A stretch of DNA of 64,000 nt, from the NCBI GenBank assembly GCA_040285825.1, contig JAUPSS010000004.1:1902550-1966549 (forward strand). Reading direction: 5' to 3'. A model generated the notes under the pieces. It saw only the letters and a program-made list of their open reading frames with translations. It did not search any database and was not told where the DNA came from. Within the stretch, counting starts at the first letter, position 1, and every line of letters starts with the position of its first letter. Shown here piece after piece: positions 1 through 10,551 of the stretch. The translations under genes and the position numbers were made by a program. The stretch comes from Eukaryota sp. TZLM1-RC (Eukaryota; Protista; Metamonada: BaSk clade).

Positions 1-700
1 ATCTAAAAAATCCATCTCTCCCAAAACAAAAACACTAGATTATTTTCATTATTTTCAGCACCTTTCACAACGGCAGCAGCTGGAACAGAACATTTGAGAA
101 TTTGTTGAGCAGATTTCAATTCAAATTCTCTTTTTTGTTTTTCAGGGCACGTTCTCAATTTAATCAAATCTTGATTTGTAATGACTTTAATTAAAGGTAA
201 AAGGCACTTTAACAAAAAGTACTCAAATTCTTGAACCTGAATACAATTAGTGCAAAAAACAATCTTTATTGATGACAGGAAATAAATATATCAAGAATAA
301 TTCTGATTAGAATTATTTAACAAAATATTTAATATGTATAATGGATAAGTGAAAACCTTGTTCAATGATTTAAAATGTTTCTTGTAGGTTAAGATTGCCA
401 AAAACTTGAGGCCATTGTTTTCACAGTCTAACTGATTGTCAAGAGATGTTTGGATTTTGGTGAAAGTTTTAATGAAACCCAAGAAAAATAAAGGTCATGT
501 ATTTAAAAAAAGAGAAAAAGTAAATAAAATAAAATAATAAATTTACTCAGTAATCTTTTTTCTTGTATAGGTTTGAACACCCTTGAAATAGGTTATTTTA
601 AATAATTTCTTCCAAATGGGTACACAAAGCAATTTTTCGTTAGAATTAATTAATGTGAAGTGTTGAATTTTTTCCACTATTGATTGACTCAATAAAATAC

Positions 701-1891
701 TCACAATCTTAAACCCGATATTGACAAATCAATCATATCTGATTGATTGCGAACTTGCCTCTTTGGTAACCCTGCTCTACTCTTAGTTTTTATTCTGGTG
801 TTCAGAGTCATAAATGGCTTGCCTTCTTCGTTTCTTTCTTTAACTGGAGAATGAATCAACCCATGCCCAACAGAAAGAGATTCTTCAGTTGCAAGGTTAT
901 TTATTGGTTCAGAAATTTTGGATTTTCTGTGTTTGTGGGTACTTTGGATCTTTCTTGGAGGCAGTAACTCCGTCTGGCAAGCAACACACTGATTTTGACC
1001 TATCGACAAATCAAAACAAGACCCACAAAGACCGTGATTACAGGGTAGTATCCTATCTACCTTGTCTGCACACTTGGTACACTGCTGTTCCCGAAAAATT
1101 TTCCACGCATCCGACTCTTCCTCCAAAACCTTTGGAAAGATAGTCTCTTTTGAACGAACAGACCCTGCCTCAAACCAAGGTATTTCAAATCCAAAAAAAC
1201 AAAAAAACGAGTGGTGAGAATGAACATTGGAAAGAAAGCAATGGGAACAGAGATGTGTTTCTGAACAAATTCTACATTTGAATAAAGGGCCAGTAATTGA
1301 GAAGCTACATCTTGTACAGAGTTTTTTGTGGTTATAAAGAGATCGAAAGGGTAAAGGTTTGTTGTTGGAGGCTGTTAATTTGTACTGCTCAGACACCAAG
1401 ATTTCCCTGCAAAGAGGACACCGTACAGTATGTGAAGTGGAGAGGGAATGTGCTGTCCAGTGAGAGAGACAACTTGGGTGAAAAGAGTTGAGACAATGTG
1501 CACAATAACATAAAGTAATCGAAGAAGAAGAGAGAAGTTGGTTCATACAGATTGCACAGTCGTCATCATTGGTGAGGGTACGGGGAGCTGAGGATGGTTG
1601 TGTAGAGTTGATGGTGTTGTCAGAAGTGATGAGAGGGGCTGAAAAGTTGCTAGAAGCTAATAGTTGCTCAACTTCAAGATTATTGAATCCAGATTGACTG
1701 AAAAGTGGTGACGTTGTCGGTATTTTAAAGTACCGTTCAAGTAAAAAAGAGACATGAGGACAAGGTTTGGTGGTAGAAGAACATGTGCAATGATTATAAG
1801 ATCCAATGGAAGTTTTAAACTTTGCTCCAGTGGCATCATTTTGGAGCACAAAAGCTAAAGGTCCAAGCTTTTGAACTAGTAGAAGACTCAT
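701..1891 (-). CDS. ZSWIM2: SWIM-RING-ZZ-RING E3 ubiquitin ligase (ZSWIM2/MEX-like)
   Basis: SWIM CTCSSTTKPCPH, RING CAIC...CAHCLNSFHPSCL...CPLC, ZZ CTRC...FKCRICSETHLCSHCF...HSHH and a second RING-like motif, in ZSWIM2 domain order. Confidence 0.75.
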   Translation of the reverse strand: MSLLLVQKLGPLAFVLQNDATGAKFKTSIGSYNHCTCSSTTKPCPHVSFLLERYFKIPTTSPLFSQSGFNNLEVEQLLASSNFSAPLITSDNTINSTQPSSAPRTLTNDDDCAICMNQLLSSSSITLCYCAHCLNSFHPSCLSHWTAHSLSTSHTVRCPLCREILVSEQYKLTASNNKPLPFRSLYNHKKLCTRCSFSITGPLFKCRICSETHLCSHCFLSNVHSHHSFFCFFGFEIPWFEAGSVRSKETIFPKVLEEESDAWKIFREQQCTKCADKVDRILPCNHGLCGSCFDLSIGQNQCVACQTELLPPRKIQSTHKHRKSKISEPINNLATEESLSVGHGLIHSPVKERNEEGKPFMTLNTRIKTKSRAGLPKRQVRNQSDMIDLSISGLRL

Positions 1892-2759
1892 TGTTAAAGA
1901 TGTTGTCTATGAGAATGTTGAGGGACAGTTGCTTTTATGTGATGTCATCATTTTTGAACTTCATCAACCATGGCTCTCTGCAGGTATCCTGGTCTATCTT
2001 CATCATTTACATGTACTTTCATCACGATCAACTGTTCCAGTGAAGTAATTCAATTTCTACTTCACGAATTTACTTAGTTTTAATGAATCTTTTCAACATA
2101 AACACAAAGTGTTCCCTTCTATTGAAGCCATTGGCAGTAGCACTGATTCGGAAAGCGCAAACAGGTTCTAGGTTCGTTGCCCGATAATGACCAGCAATTT
2201 AATATAAAGTTATTTTATTTGAAAAATTAAAACAAAAATATTTATACTCATTAATGATAATAATTTCTGCCACGTCATGCCACGTCAAGAAGATGAATAT
2301 AATACTCCTCCACCATTGACGAACGAAATGACCGTAAAGTTGGTGGAAGAGTCTTCAAAGACAGAAGAGCAACTTCCATCTTCACGTCGGAATTCCTGAT
2401 GTTTCTAACATTGTTATGATGAAAACATGTATGTAAATAATGGGTAAGAAATTTGTTGAGGGCATTTGAAAGCAATGGTGGTTTTGTAGTGATTTGGAGT
2501 AATTTTCAATCCACATTTACGGGTCAAAGCATGAGGCATCTCACCAGTTCATATGAATCAATGCAAAGACATTGTACATGAAACAGCAGTATCATCTAAA
2601 AGTAAACCATGATTGAGAGGAATTTGAGTAATTCAACTACTGAAGATACTACACTGTGTTTCATAAATAATTATTTATAAAACTTCCACACTTGACAAAA
2701 GAACTCATAACTAATGGGACGAAATTCATTGAACCAAGATTTCCTCTACAAAGTTTTGA

Positions 2760-4256
2760 TCTGCTTAATGTCTAGCTAAAGCTTCTCTAATTCGATTTAC
2801 AAAAATCGAAGCAATCTATTAATAATGGCAAATTGAATTCGATAGCGTCTTCTTGACGCATGTTCCTTATGCAGGTTCAATGAAAAAGCAAAAACGATTT
2901 TATTGCCCTTTCAATATGGAATTAATACCACTGATGGAGTTTCTTCAGCGATATATGCTACAGATGTATTATTTCGCCAAAATGAATCCAATGTTTGTAT
3001 ATCATTGGATTTTAATAATGCATTCAATTTAATCAGTCGTTGCAGTATTCGTGGTGCTTTGTTACAATATTTGCCGGAATTAATGCCGTATTTCCAATCA
3101 ACATATAGCACAAATTCTAATTTACATTTTGGTAATTCTATTTTGAAATCATTCAGTGGTGTAAAGCTAGGAGATCATTTAGGACCTCTTTTGTTTTATT
3201 TGGCCATTCATCCTATTTTATTACAAATTCAAGAGATGTTTCCTTCGCTAAAAAATGATTGTATATATGGATGATGTTGTTCTTACAGGTGATTTAAAGA
3301 TTGTTAGAGAAGCAACTGTATGTTTTAAAGAATTATTTACCAAAATTAGCCTCCCACTTAATTTACTTAAATGTGTTTTGTTATCGAATTCTGCAATTTC
3401 TACAATAGTTGATGGTATAAAAATTTTAGCCAAATTATATTCAATTGATGAAATCCGTCATTTGGGTTCGTTTTTAGGAGATAATGATGAAATTACCAAA
3501 AAATTGTTTGAAAAGTTGAACTCAATTTCCGATAAAATTAACCGAATGATGACTTTAGATATACAGAAACATATCAAATTTACCAATATAAGACTGTGTT
3601 TCAGCTCCAACTTCAATCATATATTTCGATGTACAAATCCTCTTATCACTAAATCTTTGGCCCGGAAGTTTAATGAATTACGTACAAAGGTTTTGTCACA
3701 ATTACTGGGATGTAAAATGTTCCAAATTCCAGACCATGCTCATCTTAGTCCACATTATGGCGGATTAGGTTGGACGAAGGCTTCTATTCTTACTTCGTGT
3801 GCCTTTATTGGTGGATGCAGAAATGCAATCTTTGAGTTTTCCGAAAGATTTGCAGATTGGGAAGATGTATTGATGACAACGCAAAGTTCCACTGTTTTTG
3901 CATTAAATGAAGAAATTTCAAAAATTGATGTAGAAAAATGGAGTCGATATTTTCCCCAATCATTCAATGGCAATGTTCCAGAAAAGAATCCTTTTAATTT
4001 AAAATACACTCATCGAACATTACAGAAACGATTGACTGGAATGAATGAAAATGATCTTTATAATAATATATGCAGCTCCGCTGTTTTTAATCAAGATCTT
4101 CATTCATTGTTATTGGAAAAGGGTGTTTGTGAAAATCAGTCATCAGATTCTTCACTTTTTGTAACCATGGTACCACGAAGATTTGGAATGTGTGCTAATA
4201 GTGAAGCGTTTGTAACAAAAATGAGATTATATGTGAATATTGCCATTAATGAATGA
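2760..4256 (+). mobile_element. Degenerate non-LTR retrotransposon reverse transcriptase (RLE-bearing, CRE/R2-like), frameshifted and 3'-truncated
   Basis: RT motifs PFQYG, LDFNNAFN, GVKLGDHLGPLLF, YMDD and GGLG split over ORFs 2903-3274 and 3255-4256; the 3' part is nearly identical to 15950-16140. Confidence 0.85.
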
Positions 4257-4924
4257 TTATTAAAAGCAAAATGTATTGAAGTGTCTAAGGTCAATAAATA
4301 CCGATTGAAAGATGAACAAAGTGATAACAAGCTCGTTATTATTTGTAAGTACAATTGGAGTAACCATTTTGGAATTACTTCCTTATTTTTCAGTACAAAA
4401 TTAGTTCGGCACACCTGTGGTTATTACATTCACATTTTCTATTAAAAAAAGACTATTAGTAGAAACATAAAATTGTTGGATGATTGTTAAACATTGGTAG
4501 AAAAAATGCAGAGATCTCATTTCTCCTAATGTTTTCGATATCAATTTGGCATAACAAGTAGATAAGCATTGTGTTTTAATGGAATCAAGCTATAGCCAGG
4601 AAAGAAGCAAATTGAGATTAATCAGAGGAGATCCTAATTCAACGAATTTCGTCCTATTTGTTACGTGCCTATTTTGTTTTATTATTATATAAATTCAGTA
4701 AAAAATAGTAACTATTGTTGATAGAATCAACATGTCAAGATTACAATCCCCTTTCTATAATTTTACGACTATCACGGAACGCAGGGTTTTTTAATGTTTT
4801 CCGAAAACTACAACTTTGATAAACATTAAGAAGTTTATTTGGCCAACAAAAGAGGAAGAATACAAGGTTTTTGAGGAAAACCTCAAATCAATTTTTCAGT
4901 GTTAATCTTTAAAATTTCTTCATT

Positions 4925-5140
4925 TCATGCAAAAATAGTTTTTTGGGTTGTTATTAATAAATTTGTCCAATCAGCAAATCTTTGAAAAAACTTAAATATG
5001 GCACCTCTGCGTCCACCAATAAAAGCACATGAAGTAAGAATTGAAGCTTTATTCCAATCTAAAACACCATAATGTGGACTTAGATAAGCATGATTAGGAA
5101 TTTGGGACATTTTACATCCTAGTAGTTCAGCACTTTGGTA
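4925..5140 (-). mobile_element. Inverted fragment of the same non-LTR RT family
   Basis: LLGCKMSQIPNHAYLSPHYGVLDWNKASILTSCAFIGG closely matches LLGCKMFQIPDHAHLSPHYGGLGWTKASILTSCAFIGG of 3255-4256. Confidence 0.85.
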
Positions 5141-5188
5141 CACAATTCAATTGTGGTTTTCGTTTTGTTCACATAATTATAAAATCCT

Positions 5189-5255
5189 CTTTCACCTAAC
5201 CACTTCTTTCACCTAACCACTTCTTTCACCAACACTATTCTTTTCACCAACACTT
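5189..5255 (+). repeat. Short tandem repeat, 17-bp unit CTTTCACCTAACCACTT (2 perfect plus 2 degenerate copies)
   Basis: Directly visible. Confidence 0.8.
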
Positions 5256-5649
5256 GAACGAACACTATAATAAAACATGAATCGATAATATTTTATTTGG
5301 AACTATTAGTTATGTGGTGAGTATTAGCACTTTTAGTTACAATTTAAATCACCTATAATACTACCGTCATTAATATTATATATTTTATATAAATATTAAT
5401 CACTAGTATTTACACAAATTATTATCAACCACGCACATTCAAAACAGTGAAGGTTCGGAAATGGGTATTAACCAGAAAATCTGCTTTCTCAAGAGTCCGA
5501 ACCTCATAGCAGTGTGGACGTCTTCAGACTTATCATCGTATCACACTACATTAATATGAAATTAGTCAAAATAAATCTCTGCAAGTAAGCCATGTTGACT
5601 AACATTACAAGTGTCTTCAATGCAGTTTCAATTGGAGTTCAGTAAGTTC

Positions 5650-6029
5650 AAAAATCTGCTTATCTGCTTGAAATATCAACTATCGGTGACTATAAGGACT
5701 ATGAAGGTAATAACGTAAGACGATCATTGCTAAAGCAGCAATTATATCTGAGTGCCCGAAAAGCATTGAGGAGAAACACATTTGACCTCTTTACAAGAAA
5801 ACAAAAAAGATTTAGCTCAATTATCAACCAAGTGAAAAAATTTGCAGATGGTCGAGAAGTAAAGGTGTGGTTTGGCAATGGAGGTGGTGGTACATCACGT
5901 CAAAAAGTGAGAACTCCACGTAAGTTGTTTCTCAAGTTGTTACAATGTTTATTTGCTAATGTGAAGATCGGAGATGAATATATGACATCTGCAAAGGTGA
6001 ACTGCTGCAAGATGCTACACCAAAAGATC
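5650..6029 (+). pseudogene. Fanzor family-1 fragment (RuvC-II region)
   Basis: YLLEI...LRRNTFDLFTRKQKRF...VWFGNGGGG...FANVKIGDEYMTSAKVNCCK aligns with the C-terminal part of the 7822-9813 protein. Confidence 0.85.
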
Positions 6030-6532
6030 TTGTGTGCCACTAATGAAGCATTTGTAACAAAAATGAGGTTGTATTTGAATATCCCTATTAATCAATTATT
6101 ATCAAAAAAATGTATTTGTTCGAATTCACCTCAACTCACTCTGCGCCATGCTCTGAATTGTTCTCAATTGATAACTTATCGTTCTTCATTACATGATGCT
6201 GTTAGAGACACTGTTTTCAATATGGCACAAACTGCAAGAATATCGTGTATCAAAGAGCCTCTGCTGATGGAAACACTGTCATTGAATAATTTTGGCTCTG
6301 ATGATAGAGGTGATGTATACTGTGATTGGATTGAGAACTCTGAAGCTGTTGTTGACTTTGTCTCATGTAATGTTGCCATTAATAATAGATTACCTCGGTT
6401 TTTCAATAGAATAAGAGAAGCTTTAGCTAGACAGCAAGCAGATCAAGATTTTGTTGAGGAAATCTTGGTTCAATGATAGTCGTCTCATTAGTTATGAGTT
6501 AATTTAATTAAGTGTGCAAATTCAATAAATAC
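6030..6532 (+). mobile_element. 3' end of RLE non-LTR retrotransposon with a 270-bp internal deletion
   Basis: Near-identical to 16075-16851, including the 3'UTR ending AATAAATAC; lacks the segment equivalent to 16426-16695. Confidence 0.85.
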
Positions 6533-6544
6533 ATATTATAATAT

Positions 6545-6605
6545 AATCTCAGTAAAACGCATTTCAGTAAATTAAGTCGGAGGCCAATTATGTTAAATAA
6601 ATTCT
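6545..6605 (-). mobile_element. Tiny inverted RT fragment
   Basis: Minus strand reads ELFNIIGLRLNLLKCVLL versus ELFTKISLPLNLLKCVLL in 3255-4256. Confidence 0.6.
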
Positions 6606-6820
6606 GTCCCGAAAGCAATCCGGTCGAAGTGTTTTTCAAAGTTTTACGTAACGAACTTGGAAATTTTACACATGAAGTTAGTTGAGATGGTTACAATTGG
6701 GCTTGTTTTGATATTTTGCAGACAGTTTTACCACATAGTAAGGTAGATTACCACCAATTGTTCAAAGATGCCGTTTGGAACGAAGGCAGACTTCATGCTT
6801 TTCCTTATATTAATGGTGAC

Positions 6821-7430
6821 CTAGTTAACGCTAGGAACACCTTGCCGGCAAAAATGACGACACTGGGGAGGGTAGTGCTTCCCTGCGATGTCAGCAGCTA
6901 ATATAATATGTGAATTAACAGAATTATTATTTGAATTATTAAATGTTAAATCGTCAACTCCTATCTGAACATACTTGTTTGGCGAGAGCTCTGTGAATTC
7001 ATTAGCTAGATTGGTTAAGCTAGGAACGTGCATGGAGAGCTTGATAAGGCCCCATGGTGATAGGGAAGGTTCATTGTTACGGTTAGGAGAAGAGAGAGAC
7101 TGAAGAACGGAGAACAGTTCCTCCGGCTCCCACACGTAACGAAGGGACATAAAGTCAACGGACGAGGATGTGACAGAATCTACAAGCGGGAGTTTGCTTT
7201 CACGGCGAAGATCTTCCAGGGCTGCGACGACATGGCGTTCCCAACGACGACGTGCGGAAAGAATGACTGGATGGGTTTCGATTGGAGTGGAGATTTTAGA
7301 TTTGGTTGATTGAGAGATAGCCCCTCTGGTGTCTTGTTGATACACTTGGTGTAAGCACTTGCTACAGATTCAGGACTATAGCGTTGTTTAAGCAATTCTA
7401 GTTTCAAACGTCGACGAAAAACCAATATTC
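6821..7430 (-). pseudogene. TBC1D19: TBC1D19-like N-terminal fragment, frameshifted, lacking the TBC domain
   Basis: ARRRWERHVVAALEDLRRESKLPL, LRYVWEPEELFSVLQSLSSPN, WGLIKLSMHVPSLTNLANEFTEL...QIGVDD and RQGVP resemble the TBC1D19 N-terminal region as recalled; stop at 6821. Confidence 0.6.
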
Positions 7431-7821
7431 TGTAGTATCTTTATAGGTACTCATTGAAAGGTGTGGAGATGTGTAGTTTGTGCTACTACTGAAAGCCTAT
7501 TAGGAAGGTTGGAGAGGTCAAGATATTGCTGAAGTATGGACCTTTGAATGTTGAGATGAAAAACCAAGAAAAAGTTTGATAAAGATGAATTTTGGATGAT
7601 GAAACTAATGGCAAACCATTTGAAACCCAATTACCAACATCAGTGACACAACATGCTGCTTTCAAGAGAGAAACACAACAGAAACCTGATGTCTCGATAG
7701 ATGTACCTTTAATAAACTGTTTAAACAATCTTTATTTCAATATAGCAAATAGAAGAAAAGTTGTCGACATCGAAACCAAATTTTGAAAATAACCATCAAT
7801 CATTTCTGATTGTCTGACACT

Positions 7822-9813
7822 ATGCCGTGTTCCGTCTGCCGGGCGGCCACCCACAACCGACGTACTTGTCCTCAGAGACAAGTGTCATCACCAGATGATA
7901 ATGGTTGGATTCCAGAAGCAGTGCACCACCCAAGTACTGGCTTAAATGAGGGCGAAAGGCCACTCCCAGTTCCAGTTCGCCCGGCACCAGACCCTCTCCC
8001 GTCTGCCACAACCACGACTGTGCCTGTAAGCCTCCCAAGATTCTTTGCCTCTCGTGCTGCTCAAGCTATTGAGGCACAGCTTATTCACTTACGAGATGTT
8101 GCTTTCTATGCCACCTTATTGGCAAGAAAGCTTCTATTAGAATATCCGCATCTGTCCTGCTGGCTCGCTCACCGTCAATTCTGGTCGCAGTGCTTCGACT
8201 GCGTCACCCACAGTCGACCTAAAATTAGGGAGCCTTTCAAGAGCACTAACCCTGATGTCTATGAGGCTCTTACGCATATGACATCAAGTGCTACCTGGCC
8301 GTGGCCTCCGTTAGTAGAGGGCCAAGAACATCCACCCTTTTGTCAGGCTGCTCTTTTTAGCAATAGAGCTGTTCAACTCGAATCAGCTCACAGACAGCTG
8401 CTGACCGATGGCCCTGTGACCTGGAAACTGAATTTCTTCAGGTCTATGGGTAAGCAGATGGAGTGTCCTGCTCCATCAAAGTATGCCAGTTGTGTGGTTT
8501 CCGGTTCCACAATTTCTGCAAATTTAAGACAATGGTATGATGAATATCATTTTCATATTTCCGAAATTTGGAACCAAACAGTAACATCTAATGATTTGTA
8601 TACGCGTGCCCTGAGGCGTGATGAATTGGATGTCACTGTTTATAATTGTTGGTTGATAAGCCATTGGGGATTGGCAATTTTACATCGTCTAGAAAGTACA
8701 TGCCCAAATGTATTTCGAAGACATGCCTTATCCCCAATTGCCACCAAAGTTCCAGGGTTTGTTCCTTTTAATCAACAAGCTCTGGAATATTTCAAAAAAT
8801 TGAATCCTAACCAACAATTATTACGGAACCCTTTTAAGTTTTTTAACAAGAAAAAATTTAAAACTTTCTCAGTTTCTAGCAATGGACTCTCATTGCGCTT
8901 CACTTTTTCAAAGAAACCCAAAAAGACGTGCACCAGGCGAAAAAATTCTGAAATTCAAGCATTGGGTCAAAGTCGTCCTTATTTCAGAGAGTCCACTAGA
9001 AAACGAAATAAGAGAATAAATGGGCGAGCTAACCGACCGAGGAAAATTGCGAGACGGTCTCAAGATTGCTCGCAGGATCTTCCCATCAGAGAAGACCTTT
9101 TTTTCGTGGCGGTTGATCCAAACCATTCAAATTTATGTGGTTGGACAACTGGACATTGTTCACAAGAGAATAGGGTAATTGTTGAACAATCTGGAATTCT
9201 ACTGAATCCGAAAGCAAAAGTAATTGATTTTCCCCAGCCACTCACTCAATCCTCTGTGAACACTTATTCCGTTGAGAGCTTCAACAGGTATCTCATTGAA
9301 ATAGCTTCACTGATAAGGAATGATGAGCAGGAAACAATTTCTTTGGTTTCCCAAACTTTGTCCAATAGTACAGAGAGAATTTTGAGACGAAATATGTTTG
9401 ATTTTGTGATAAGAAGACAAAAAAGGTTCATTCATTTCATTAACAAAATTAAGAGACTAGCTAATAACAGGGAGACTATTATTTGGTTTGGTAATGGCGG
9501 TAATGGACCTTCTCGACAATCCACCAAAGCCCCAACTAAGAAGTTTCTGACAGAAGTAAAGAAATACTTTGCCAATGTGAAGGTTGGAGATGAATACATG
9601 ACATCTGCCAAAACCAATTGTTGCAAGGTACATCACAGGAAGGTGTATCATGAAGGCACTCGAAGAATCAATAATGCTTACTTTGAATGTCCTAGATGTG
9701 ATGAACGCTGGTCTAGAGACATTTCCGCTTCAAGAAATCAGCTAGAGATTGCGATTTCTGAACATTTTACTGGGATCAGACCAGAGACATTTAGAAGGGA
9801 GGTGAGAGAGTGA
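7822..9813 (+). CDS. Intact Fanzor (TnpB-like RNA-guided RuvC nuclease) with N-terminal CCHC zinc knuckle, 663 aa from ATG 7822
   Basis: RuvC-I FFVAVDPN (D at 9115), WFGNGG with G at the canonical RuvC-II E position, alternative E in GDEYMTS (9592), Zn ribbon CC...CPRC, RuvC-III WSRDISASRN (D at 9718); N-terminal CSVCRAATHNRRTC. Confidence 0.9.
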   Translation: MPCSVCRAATHNRRTCPQRQVSSPDDNGWIPEAVHHPSTGLNEGERPLPVPVRPAPDPLPSATTTTVPVSLPRFFASRAAQAIEAQLIHLRDVAFYATLLARKLLLEYPHLSCWLAHRQFWSQCFDCVTHSRPKIREPFKSTNPDVYEALTHMTSSATWPWPPLVEGQEHPPFCQAALFSNRAVQLESAHRQLLTDGPVTWKLNFFRSMGKQMECPAPSKYASCVVSGSTISANLRQWYDEYHFHISEIWNQTVTSNDLYTRALRRDELDVTVYNCWLISHWGLAILHRLESTCPNVFRRHALSPIATKVPGFVPFNQQALEYFKKLNPNQQLLRNPFKFFNKKKFKTFSVSSNGLSLRFTFSKKPKKTCTRRKNSEIQALGQSRPYFRESTRKRNKRINGRANRPRKIARRSQDCSQDLPIREDLFFVAVDPNHSNLCGWTTGHCSQENRVIVEQSGILLNPKAKVIDFPQPLTQSSVNTYSVESFNRYLIEIASLIRNDEQETISLVSQTLSNSTERILRRNMFDFVIRRQKRFIHFINKIKRLANNRETIIWFGNGGNGPSRQSTKAPTKKFLTEVKKYFANVKVGDEYMTSAKTNCCKVHHRKVYHEGTRRINNAYFECPRCDERWSRDISASRNQLEIAISEHFTGIRPETFRREVRE

Positions 9814-9924
9814 TAGTTGTTTGTATCCATGTATTGCCTTCGGGCGCTGTGATCCTGAAAAGGAAACCGTATAAGGGAATGGAGGAATGCTACTTGATGT
9901 ATGCATTTCCGATGAAATTCACAG
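9814..9924 (+). ncRNA. Putative omega/Fanzor RNA scaffold (may start within the ORF 3' end)
   Basis: GCC-TTCG-GGC (9836-9845), TCCT-GAAA-AGGA (9853-9864), GGAATGC-TAC...GTA-T-GCATTTCC (9884-9910), long-range CTGTGA(9847-9852)/TCACAG(9919-9924) and TCCAT(9826-9830)/ATGGA(9879-9883), directly after a Fanzor stop. Confidence 0.7.
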
Positions 9925-9963
9925 AATGATCATTTTTTTCATTTTTCATTTCATTTTTCCCCA

Positions 9964-10203
9964 ATGTCACAAAGTGTACACCAACGTCGCACACCAGCTA
10001 CCTCAGCACCCAAGCGTAAGAGGTCGGGCAAGAGTCAGAAGAAGAAGTTCTCATTTGGTAGTGTGGCTCTCTATTCGTTTATTGGACTTATTCTCATCTC
10101 TTCTTCTGCTATTTCCTTCCTAAACTCATCCAAAATGTTCAGGGATCCCTCAACTCAAGCACCAGAGACCTCTGAAGATGTTGAAATGGAAGACTTTGAG
10201 TAA
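9964..10203 (+). CDS. Small single-pass membrane protein, possibly RAMP4/SERP1-like
   Basis: Basic N-terminus, one hydrophobic helix (GSVALYSFIGLILISSSAISFL), acidic tail. Confidence 0.45.
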   Translation: MSQSVHQRRTPATSAPKRKRSGKSQKKKFSFGSVALYSFIGLILISSSAISFLNSSKMFRDPSTQAPETSEDVEMEDFE

Positions 10204-10551
10204 AGTTGCCATAGATAGTTTGTTGTTCTTGTAAAGGTTGTGTATGTCAGTTTCGTGCTTCTACATCCCATATTACGTTTACATATATGATACCACACTT
10301 CAAGACTACTGAATTTTATGTATAGTGAGTTGAGTTTCAGAAACAGCAACTAATGACTCTGTGAGACATGAATGATGAACTAACCAAACCATTGAGCATC
10401 AGAATTACAGAATTGTGGCATCCTTCATATTGGTTATTGTACTGCAATTGAAGGAATTTACTTAAATAATTGAGAACCACTTGCATATTTACGGAAATGG
10501 TGATTCCTGTCAATAAAAAACTATATCAAAATCACTTTCAAATAAACCTTA

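Noticed and set aside
2160-2300. Possible LTR plus primer-binding site (TGGTCATTATCGGG on minus; TGCCACGTCA x2 shared with the 54814 LTR)
   Set aside because: No matching tRNA, second LTR or recognisable gag could be established
6990-7002. TCTGTGAATTCAT as a left TIR matching the Fanzor end at 9912-9925
   Set aside because: Needs a gap and lies inside the TBC1D19-like coding fragment (ANEFTE), so probably coincidental
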